Part shown: positions 17,992 through 25,608 of the stretch, piece by piece
How the letters are laid out: every line of letters starts with the position of its first letter
Numbering within the stretch: position 1 is the stretch's first letter
Source: Deltaproteobacteria bacterium
GTDB taxonomy: Bacteria > SAR324 > JACQKK01
Direction of reading: 5' to 3'
DNA: 29,789 nt
NCBI GenBank assembly: GCA_029858165.1
Contig: JAOUFO010000001.1
Span: forward strand, 1-29,789
Notes under the pieces: generated by a model
What the model was told of the DNA's origin: nothing
Seen by the model: the letters and a program-made list of their open reading frames with translations, nothing else
Databases searched by the model: none
Made by a program: the position numbers and the translations under genes

Positions 17992-19958
17992 CAGAAATCA
18001 AAAGAAAACCCGGCGGATTCGCTGTCCGGGAGCAATGCGTTTTCCAGGCTTTCCCCCCGGGTGACCTGAGCCACCCCTGGGGGCAATTCTTCCACAAAAC
18101 GGGAGGGACGGCAAACCTTCCACTGGCCATAAGTCACATTGAACTGAGGCACGGTGATTTCCAAATGGCGTTTGGCCCGGGTGACCGCCACATAAAACAG
18201 GCGCCGTTCCTCCTCCAGCCGTTCTGGGGAATCCAGACAGCGGGAATGGGGGAACTGACCTTCCACCAATCCCAGCATAAACACCACCCGCCATTCCAAC
18301 CCCTTGGCCTGATGGATGGTGGTCAGGGTCAGGTGGTCCTCATCGGGGGATTCCTGCTCCTCATGGTCCCGGATGACGGTGCCCCCCACCAGGGCCAGCC
18401 GCCCCAGGAAACCTTCCAGTGACCGGTGTTTTTCGGCAAAGCGGGCCAGGTGCTGCAAATCCTCCTCCCGTTCCCGGGGGTTGTCAAAAGTCAGCAGAAG
18501 GTGGTCCCGGTAAAACAGCGAATGGGCCAGCCCGATCATCTGGGCCGGAGTGACCCCGTCAGCCAGCATTTCCTTTAAGCACCGGGCCAGGCTGCTCCAT
18601 TGGTCTTTGGCCTTGGCGGGAATGACTTTTTGCAGGGCTTCGTTGGAGGTGGATATGCGGATGGCCTGCTGCCGCCGGAACACCCCGTATATTTTGGCGG
18701 CAGACACATTGCCGATGCCGGGCAGCATTTTAAGAATCCTCAGCCAGGAAATTTCATCCAATGGGTTGAACACCACTTTCAGAAATGCCAGCACATCCTT
18801 GATGTGGGCCTGTTCAAAAAACTTGACCCCCGAACGGACCACAAACGGAATGCCCCGTTCGGAAAGGCGCATCTGAAGTTCAATGGATTGGGCATGGTTG
18901 CGGTACAGCACCCCCATGTCACCCAACGGAATGTCCTGGTCCTGATAGGCGCTGATGCGGGAGATCACCCATTCGGCCTCTTCTGACTGGTCGTACAGGT
19001 GCATGATGTGGGGCGGCTCCCCCGCCGGGGCCACCGCCCTCAGGGATTTTTCCAGCCGGGCCTGGTTGTGGGCAATGGAGCAGTTGGCCAGTTCCAGAAT
19101 ATCAGGGGTGGAGCGGTAGTTTTCCTCCAGCCGGTACACCGCGGCCCCGAACCGCTGGGGAAACTCCAGAATGTTTTCCACATGGGCGCCCCGCCAACTG
19201 TAAATGGACTGGGCATCATCCCCCACCACCATCAGGTTTTTTTGATCCCGCCCCAACAGTTGCACAATCTCCCCCTGGGCCAGATTGGTATCCTGGTATT
19301 CGTCCACCATCAGATAGCGCAGCCCGGCGGCCATTTCCAGGTGGGGGTTTTTCTCCAGCAAATCCCGCCAGTTGCCCAGCAGGTCATCAAAATCCATGGC
19401 GTTGTTGGCCTTTTTTTTCCGCCGGTATTCTTTTTCCACCACCAGCAGTTCCGGCAAAAATTCCTGTAACCAGTCAAAATCCCGCTCAACCAATTGGGCC
19501 AGATTGATCTGCCGGTTGAAAGCCAGCGACACCAGGTCCTGGACCACCGCGGCGGTGGGGAACCGTTTGTCTTTCTCCCGCACCACCCCGGTCATGGCCG
19601 CCTTCAGCATATCCCGCGAATCAGAATCATCCAGGATGGAAAAGTTGTTTTGGTACCCCGCCAGGGGGGCGTACCGGCGCAAAAACCGGTTGGCCACACT
19701 GTGAAAGGTGCCGGTCAGCACCCGCCCCCGCACCCCCCGCCCGGCCAGCAGCCCTTCCAGGCGGCTGCCCATCTCCTCCGCGGCCTTGTTGGTAAACGTC
19801 ATCAACAAAATAGCGGCAGGGTCCACCCCCCGTTCTATCAGCCGGGCCGCCCGATGGATGATCACCCGGGTTTTGCCCGATCCGGCCCCGGCAATCACCA
19901 GGGCAGGGCCGTCCAGGTGGTTTACAATGGCCATTTGCTGGGGGTTCAGGTCGCTCAT
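17991..19958 (-). CDS. UvrD/Rep/PcrA family superfamily-1A ATP-dependent DNA helicase
   Basis: AGAGSGKT, LLMTFTNKAA, GTFHS, VDEYQD, VVGDDAQSIYSWRGA, LEENYRST, TTIHQAKGLE, EERRLFYVAVTRA. No C-terminal extension beyond about 655 aa. Start at ATG 19958. Confidence 0.96.
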   Translation of the reverse strand: MSDLNPQQMAIVNHLDGPALVIAGAGSGKTRVIIHRAARLIERGVDPAAILLMTFTNKAAEEMGSRLEGLLAGRGVRGRVLTGTFHSVANRFLRRYAPLAGYQNNFSILDDSDSRDMLKAAMTGVVREKDKRFPTAAVVQDLVSLAFNRQINLAQLVERDFDWLQEFLPELLVVEKEYRRKKKANNAMDFDDLLGNWRDLLEKNPHLEMAAGLRYLMVDEYQDTNLAQGEIVQLLGRDQKNLMVVGDDAQSIYSWRGAHVENILEFPQRFGAAVYRLEENYRSTPDILELANCSIAHNQARLEKSLRAVAPAGEPPHIMHLYDQSEEAEWVISRISAYQDQDIPLGDMGVLYRNHAQSIELQMRLSERGIPFVVRSGVKFFEQAHIKDVLAFLKVVFNPLDEISWLRILKMLPGIGNVSAAKIYGVFRRQQAIRISTSNEALQKVIPAKAKDQWSSLARCLKEMLADGVTPAQMIGLAHSLFYRDHLLLTFDNPREREEDLQHLARFAEKHRSLEGFLGRLALVGGTVIRDHEEQESPDEDHLTLTTIHQAKGLEWRVVFMLGLVEGQFPHSRCLDSPERLEEERRLFYVAVTRAKRHLEITVPQFNVTYGQWKVCRPSRFVEELPPGVAQVTRGESLENALLPDSESAGFSFDF

Positions 19959-20129
19959 AAACACAAAACAGCGAAAAATGGGGTGGCCGGGGGATGGGGG
20001 CGGTACATTCCGTTAACGCCAAGTTTAACAGCCAGCCCGCTGAAAGAAAAGTCTGCTATGGGAGAGGGGCGGTTGGGGCTGGCGGGTGCCTTTCTTTTGG
20101 GGTTCCTGTCCAGCAGTTAGCACCGGCAC

Positions 20130-20147
20130 GGGCCTTGCGGCCCTTTT
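20130..20147 (+). terminator. Possible intrinsic terminator hairpin within a longer stem-loop
   Basis: GGGCC-TTGC-GGCCC followed by TTTT, nested in an imperfect stem 20115-20160. Confidence 0.35.
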
Positions 20148-20175
20148 GGCCGGGCTAACTGCCTTTCTGTTGGGC

Positions 20176-20204
20176 TTGTATCCCTGATTCAATCTACCTA
20201 TAAT
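20176..20204 (+). promoter_or_regulatory. Putative sigma70 promoter of pyrD-usp-hisN
   Basis: TTGTAT (20176-20181), 17 nt, TATAAT (20199-20204), 62 nt upstream of the pyrD ATG. Confidence 0.7.
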
Positions 20205-20266
20205 GAACCCGGTCCCGCCCGGACCGTTTTCATTGGTTCATCAGCACCCCACCGGAGTCCTCCCCC

Positions 20267-21499
20267 ATGGGATTGTATCCCCTTATCCGCCCTTTGTTTT
20301 TCCGTTTAAACCCGGAACGTGCCCACCGACTGGTGTTCCGGTTGGTCCGGGGGGCCAGTGTGCTACCCGGTTTTTACCCTGTGGAGCGGGGATTGTTTCA
20401 ATACCGCCATCCGGTGTTGGAAACCCGGTTGTGGGGACTGGATTTTGCCAATCCGGTGGGGGTGGCGGCAGGGTTTGACAAAGACGGCGAACTGGTAGAC
20501 CCGTTGCTGGGGCTGGGGTTTTCCATGGTGGAGGTAGGGACCGTCACCCCGCGGCCTCAACCAGGCAACCCCAAGCCCCGGTTGTTCCGGCTGGAGCAGG
20601 ACCAGGCGTTGATCAACCGGATGGGGTTTAACAACCAGGGGGCTTACAGTCTGGCATCCCGGTTGAGCCGTCCCCGCCGAAACCCCGGCCTGGTGGGGGT
20701 GAACCTGGGAAAAAACAAGGATACCCCCCTGGATTCCGCCGGGGAGGATTATCTGATCGCCATGCACGCTTTGTATGATGTTGCCGATTATCTGGTGGTG
20801 AATGTGAGTTCCCCCAACACTCCGGGGTTGAGGCTGTTGCAGGGAAAACCTTCCCTGGAAACGCTGATGACCCTGCTGACCGGGGAGCGGGAAAAACTGT
20901 CCGCCATTCGTGGGCGAAGGGTGCCCATGTTGCTGAAGGTATCCCCGGATTTGACCCCGGAAGGGCTGGAGGATGTGGCGGCGGTGGTGTTGGCTGGCCG
21001 GGTGGATGGGGTGATTGCCGCCAACACCACCCTGGGACGGGAAGGGTTGACATCCCCCCTGGCGGTTGAAACCGGGGGCTTAAGCGGCAAACCGTTACAG
21101 GACACAACTCTGCGGGTGGTGGCCCAATTGTACCGGTTGTTGGAGGGCCGGACCCCCATCATCGGGGTGGGGGGAGTGATGGATGCCGGGGATGCCTACC
21201 GGCTGATCCGGGCGGGGGCATCCCTGGTGCAGGTGTACAGCGGCCTGGTGTACCGGGGGCCGGGGCTGGCCAAACAGATCAACCGGGGGCTGACCGCCTT
21301 GCTGGAAAAAGATGGGTTGAATTCGGTAACCCAAGCGGTGGGGCTGGACCATCAAAAAGTGCTTTCCCCCCCCAAACCATCCGCCAAAAAACCAGCCGGT
21401 ACCCAACCCAAGGGAGAAAGGCCCCGCCCCCCGGAACAAACCGGGGAAAAACCGGCGAAAAAGCCCACTGCCAAAGCAAAAAAGCCTGGAAAGAGTTAG
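20267..21499 (+). CDS. pyrD: Quinone-dependent dihydroorotate dehydrogenase (class 2) with Lys/Pro-rich C-terminal tail
   Basis: NPVGVAAGFDKDG, EVGTVTPRPQPGNPKPRLFR, INRMGFNN, GVNLGKNK, NVSSPNTPGLR, LLKVSPDL, GGLSGKPL, IGVGG motifs. Confidence 0.97.
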   Translation: MGLYPLIRPLFFRLNPERAHRLVFRLVRGASVLPGFYPVERGLFQYRHPVLETRLWGLDFANPVGVAAGFDKDGELVDPLLGLGFSMVEVGTVTPRPQPGNPKPRLFRLEQDQALINRMGFNNQGAYSLASRLSRPRRNPGLVGVNLGKNKDTPLDSAGEDYLIAMHALYDVADYLVVNVSSPNTPGLRLLQGKPSLETLMTLLTGEREKLSAIRGRRVPMLLKVSPDLTPEGLEDVAAVVLAGRVDGVIAANTTLGREGLTSPLAVETGGLSGKPLQDTTLRVVAQLYRLLEGRTPIIGVGGVMDAGDAYRLIRAGASLVQVYSGLVYRGPGLAKQINRGLTALLEKDGLNSVTQAVGLDHQKVLSPPKPSAKKPAGTQPKGERPRPPEQTGEKPAKKPTAKAKKPGKS

Positions 21500-21570
21500 A
21501 ATGAAAAGGCGGGGGAAACACCCCTCACTGCAAAAAGAAGGGATCCAACCTTTGGCATGGGAGAGGAATT

Positions 21571-22017
21571 ATGTTTAAAAACATATTGGTGCCCACCGAT
21601 TTATCCAAATTTTCGGTAAGGGCTGTCCAGCCGGCCCTGGATATGGTTCAGCGGTACAAAGGGATGTTGCACCTGCTGTATGTGTATGAGCCTGTGTATG
21701 AACTGCCCTCCCTGAAAGAACTGGTGACCCATGAGTTTAAAGACAAAATGCGGATTGTGGCCGAGGACGGGTTGGGAGAATTCGTATCGTTGTACCTGCC
21801 CAAAGGGGCAAAGGTGCATCAGATGGTGATTCCGGGCAATATATCGGATGTGGTGGTTGATGTGGGGGAACGGATGGAAATGAATTTGATTGTGATGGCC
21901 GCCCATAACCGCAAGGGGATAGAACGGTATTTCATCAGTTCCACCACCGAGAGGGTGATCCGCAACAGCCATTGTTCCGTAATGGTCATCCGGCCGCCGG
22001 AAGGACAGGAAGAATAA
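21571..22017 (+). CDS. Universal stress protein (Usp family)
   Basis: FKNILVPTDLS, LHLLYV, LIVMAAH, TERVIRNSHCSVMVIR; GGAGAGG RBS upstream. Confidence 0.93.
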   Translation: MFKNILVPTDLSKFSVRAVQPALDMVQRYKGMLHLLYVYEPVYELPSLKELVTHEFKDKMRIVAEDGLGEFVSLYLPKGAKVHQMVIPGNISDVVVDVGERMEMNLIVMAAHNRKGIERYFISSTTERVIRNSHCSVMVIRPPEGQEE

Positions 22018-22060
22018 ACCGGGCCTGACCCCCGGAACAATCAGGAAAGAAGGCCCAAAC

Positions 22061-22861
22061 ATGCGGGAGTTTATGGATTTTGCCGCCGGTCTGGCGGAAG
22101 AAAGCGGCCACGGAATCCTCCATTGGTTCCGGGCCGGAACCGAAGTGCATTACAAGGCGGACCAAACCCCGGTAACCCAGGCGGACCGGGAGGCGGAACA
22201 CCTGATGCGTCGGAGGATAGAAAAAGCCTATCCCTCTCATCGGATTCTGGGGGAGGAGGCGGGGATGAGCGGCGGCGGAGACGGCCAACCGCAGGAAAAA
22301 GGGTATCAATGGGTGCTGGACCCCATTGACGGCACCAAGGCGTTTATTCACGGGGTGCCGTTGTTCGGCACCCTGATCGCCCTGTTGAAAGACGGCCTGC
22401 CGGTGCTGGGGGTGATCCATTTGCCGGCCCTGGGCCAATTGCTGATGGGGGCCAGGGGAGAGCCGACCACTTTAAACGGAACCCCGGTGCGGGTTTCCAC
22501 CGTGGCCCGTTTGGAAGAGGCCGCCGTGCTGATGACATCCCCCGCCACCCTGTTTGAACAAGGCTGGGGAGAGGGGTTTCACCGGTTGCGGGGGCGGGCA
22601 CGGCTGATGCGGGGCTGGGGGGATTGTTACGGCCATTTTCTGGTGGCCACCGGCAAAGCGGAGGTGATGCTGGACCCGGTGTTGAATCTGTGGGATATTG
22701 CCCCCATGGGTCCCATTTTGGAAGGGGCGGGGGGGGTGATCACCGATATGACGGGCCGTCCGGGAGGCATGGGCAACAGCGGTTTGTCCACCAACGGTTT
22801 GTTGCACCGGGAGGTGTTGGAGGTGCTGGGGAAAAACAGCCCGTCAAAGCAGACCGGCTAA
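22061..22861 (+). CDS. hisN: Histidinol-phosphatase HisN (inositol monophosphatase family)
   Basis: KADQTPVTQADREAE, GEE, WVLDPIDGTKAF, GWGDCYG, EVMLDP, LWDIA motifs, typical of the HisN-type IMPase subfamily. Confidence 0.85.
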   Translation: MREFMDFAAGLAEESGHGILHWFRAGTEVHYKADQTPVTQADREAEHLMRRRIEKAYPSHRILGEEAGMSGGGDGQPQEKGYQWVLDPIDGTKAFIHGVPLFGTLIALLKDGLPVLGVIHLPALGQLLMGARGEPTTLNGTPVRVSTVARLEEAAVLMTSPATLFEQGWGEGFHRLRGRARLMRGWGDCYGHFLVATGKAEVMLDPVLNLWDIAPMGPILEGAGGVITDMTGRPGGMGNSGLSTNGLLHREVLEVLGKNSPSKQTG

Positions 22862-23337
22862 GCCAACGCGGGTTTGGGCTGGGGGGTTTTTGGCATTTCT
22901 GGGGATTTTAACCGGCTTTCCCAGTGAGAATCCGGCATTACCAGTTCATTCAGGGATATTTCAGCCAGCATTTCCTTCATTCGCTGGTTGATGAAGGTCA
23001 TGGGGGCCAGAATGTTGCAATTATCCGCCAGGGTGCAATTGCGCTCGTTGTTTTTGATACAATCGGTCAGGGCCACCACCCCTTCTATCATTTGAATGAA
23101 TTGAGAAAAATTGATGGTGGCCAGATCGGCCGCGATCCGGTACCCCCCATAGGCGCCCTGTTCCGAATTCAACACCCCCTCCGCGTTTAGCACCCGCAAC
23201 ACATGGGCCAGAGGGTCAAAAGGAGTGCCATAGATATCGCAGATTTCCCGAACGGTGGTAAGCTCGCTTTTGGGCTTTGCACTCATGTGTTTCAAGGCCA
23301 CAAGCGCATATTCCACTTTTCGGTTGACCTTTAACAT
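22858..23337 (-). CDS. Rrf2 family transcriptional regulator with three-Cys Fe-S ligand motif
   Basis: MLKVNRKVEYALVAL, wHTH with SEQGAYGGYRI, C-terminal C-x7-C-x5-C (CIKNNERNCTLADNC). Confidence 0.92.
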   Translation of the reverse strand: MLKVNRKVEYALVALKHMSAKPKSELTTVREICDIYGTPFDPLAHVLRVLNAEGVLNSEQGAYGGYRIAADLATINFSQFIQMIEGVVALTDCIKNNERNCTLADNCNILAPMTFINQRMKEMLAEISLNELVMPDSHWESRLKSPEMPKTPQPKPALA

Positions 23338-23576
23338 GTGAGGGTTCCTTTGGATGGGAAAGGTGGGAAAGGGTTGCGGCCCCCAAAAATATCAAACCCC
23401 TTCTCCATGGAAAGCGGGGAAGAGGGAATGGAAAAACCGGTTTTGCATCAGTCCTGGAACAATATATCCGAAAAAGACCGGTGTTTCAAGAACGGATAAT
23501 CAAGAATCATTCTCTTTTCTCTGGACGGGCATGGCAGCCATCCGGGGGATGCCCAATCACAACGAAAGGAGCAGGA

Positions 23577-24131
23577 ATGGCGGCCAATCATTTGCCGGTG
23601 CGGGGGGGCGGGCATGGGGGATGGAGGATACTGGCGGGAGTTCTGTTATGGGGGGTTTTTCTGGCAGGGATGGGCCGGTCCACCCTGGCGGTGGAACTTT
23701 GCTCTGATGAGGCCAACCTGTTGATGAAACAGGCCGGCATTGAGGAAGGCAAAATCAAAAAATTATGCCGGATGACCGCTGTTTCCCGCCACCTGCTTTC
23801 CATCACCCTTCAGCGGACAGAAAACGAACTGGGATACTGCCGGGTGACCCTGGCCATGAAAAACAACACTCTTTCCTACCTGAATCAACTGACCCTTACG
23901 GTGGAAGGGGGAGGGTTTGAAATCATCAAATTCAACAACATCCTTCCCGGGGATACCGGATATGCCTCCACCCTCAGCCGGACCCTGATGGATTGCGCGG
24001 AGGCCAAAAAAACCGGGTTGCGGTTTCCCTGGCCGGCCAGCCTGCGGATGGATGATCACACCGCTTCGGGCCGCTGGCTTGACCAACACAAACCTGCGTT
24101 GTTGGACCCCCATCTTTCCTGGTCCCGCTGA
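23577..24131 (+). CDS. Hypothetical secreted protein with four Cys
   Basis: ATG 23577 preceded by AGGAGCAGGA; hydrophobic signal ending STLA-VE; four Cys; stop overlaps the next ATG (TGATG). Confidence 0.75.
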   Translation: MAANHLPVRGGGHGGWRILAGVLLWGVFLAGMGRSTLAVELCSDEANLLMKQAGIEEGKIKKLCRMTAVSRHLLSITLQRTENELGYCRVTLAMKNNTLSYLNQLTLTVEGGGFEIIKFNNILPGDTGYASTLSRTLMDCAEAKKTGLRFPWPASLRMDDHTASGRWLDQHKPALLDPHLSWSR

Positions 24132-24581
24132 TGGGAATTTCACCGGGTTGGTTTCTGTGGCGAATTTGGGCGGCCCATACCGTCGGGGGGGGCCAATGGC
24201 GGCGTGTTGCGTCCTTGGGGCTGCTGTCAGGGTGGGTGATGTTTGTGGGATTGGCTGCCTGCCGGAATGGGGCGGCCCCTTCTGCCCCGCCCCCTCCCCA
24301 CGCCCCCCCCTTTTTCCGCCCCCCCGGCCTCCATCCAAAACATCAAACAGGGGGCCTTTCGCTATACCCTGCCGGTGGATGGGATTCCCATGGCATCGGG
24401 CCGGGGTTGCGCCCTGACCAAGCCTGAGGCGGAAACCCAGGCCCAACACGCGGCGGCCTACAATCTGCGCAGTCTGCTGGGTCAGGGAAAATACCAGGTG
24501 GGGTACCGGGGGCTTGTTTTGGTGGCAGACCCCTATGGCCGGGTTTGTTATGAGGTGGAGGCCTATCAAACCAAGAGATAA
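24131..24581 (+). pseudogene. Lipoprotein gene interrupted by a 1-nt frameshift in a poly-C/poly-T region (LPP20-like body)
   Basis: Frame from 24131 gives a signal peptide with lipobox LAA-C and a Pro linker. The globular-looking sequence (FSAPPASIQNIK...ASGRGCALTKPEAETQAQHAAAYNL...YQTKR*) is in the +1 frame. Removing one base from C8 (24303-24310), T5 or C7 joins them. Confidence 0.75.
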
Positions 24582-24833
24582 AAACCGGCCGCTTCTTGGC
24601 CAACCGGGGGTTCTTTGGGTGGGAAGAGAATGAGGGTGTAGGTTGCGGGTTGACCCGCGGCCCGCCATCGGTTAGATTTTTACAACAGAAGAACGTTCCC
24701 TCAACCCATGAGTCCGCCGGAAACCCCAACCTGAATCTTTCAAACAGATGCCGTCAGGCGGTTATCTGCCTGTGACGGACCTTTGTGCCCGGTCCATCAC
24801 CCTTTCCCCAAACAACCGTTTGGCGGGGGCTGA

Positions 24834-24886
24834 CCGGCCCGCCGTGTTGGTTGTCCGGCCCGCCGTGTTGGTTGTCCGGCCCGCCG
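24834..24886. repeat. 21-bp tandem repeat, about 2.5 perfect copies
   Basis: ccggcccgccgtgttggttgt at 24834-24854 and 24855-24875, partial at 24876-24886; no spacers. Confidence 0.95.
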
Positions 24887-25026
24887 GGGGGAAGGGGATG
24901 GTCATCCGGCCTCCGCAGGGGGTGCCCCATATAAGGATTTTTCCTATGTTTTCTGTAAGGCTTCCCCCCTGGCTTACCGGGCAGCCGGGCTACAACCCCC
25001 CCCGGTTGATCGTAAGGTTTGGCCGA

Positions 25027-25608
25027 ATGGCCCAATGGACGGCCTACCGGGCACCCGGCTGGTGGGAAAAGGCAAAGCCCCTGGTGGTGATGGCGGGAAT
25101 CACCCATCTGGCCCTGGTGGTGTTGCTTTCCGGTGGAAGAAACGCCCTGTTTGATTGGCGGGCGCCAGAAAATCTGGCCTATACCACCTATTTCAACCTG
25201 ACGGACGGCTTCGGGTTTTGGGTGGAGCCTTCCGGGGAAAGCTATATCCGTTATAAAATGTACACCCAGGAAGGCACCGTCAACGAGGGCCATTTTCCGG
25301 ACCCCGATACCGCACCCGGGCTGCGTTATGTGCGGTGGGCCAAAGCAGTCAATCTGGTGAACCGGGGGGATGAATCCCTGCGGGCTTCTTTAAGCCGCTA
25401 CATCGCCGATCAGGTCCCCTCCATGCCCTTTCGGATAAAACTGTATGCATCCCAGTGGGAATGGCGCCTGCCCCACAACCGGTTTCCCCCCAGTTTTGTG
25501 TGGGAGAAAACCGAGGTGGAGGAGACTCTGCTGGGCAACCACAATGGCCTGACCCGCTCCTGGGTTCCGGTGGCCCATGACACACCGGCTGATAAGGGGG
25601 GCCGGTGA
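25027..25608 (+). CDS. Membrane-anchored hypothetical protein, SdpA/DUF5819-like partner of an HTTM protein
   Basis: One N-terminal TM helix (PLVVMAGITHLALVVLL), then YTTYFNLTDGFGFWVEP, reminiscent of the W/F-x-x-F-x-P motif of HTTM partners. GTGA overlap with the HTTM gene. ATG 25027 preferred to 24748 because the extension is low-complexity and repeat-derived. Confidence 0.7.
   Translation: MAQWTAYRAPGWWEKAKPLVVMAGITHLALVVLLSGGRNALFDWRAPENLAYTTYFNLTDGFGFWVEPSGESYIRYKMYTQEGTVNEGHFPDPDTAPGLRYVRWAKAVNLVNRGDESLRASLSRYIADQVPSMPFRIKLYASQWEWRLPHNRFPPSFVWEKTEVEETLLGNHNGLTRSWVPVAHDTPADKGGR

Noticed and set aside
24834-24886. CRISPR array
   Set aside because: Repeat units are directly adjacent with no unique spacers, and there are no cas genes in the window.
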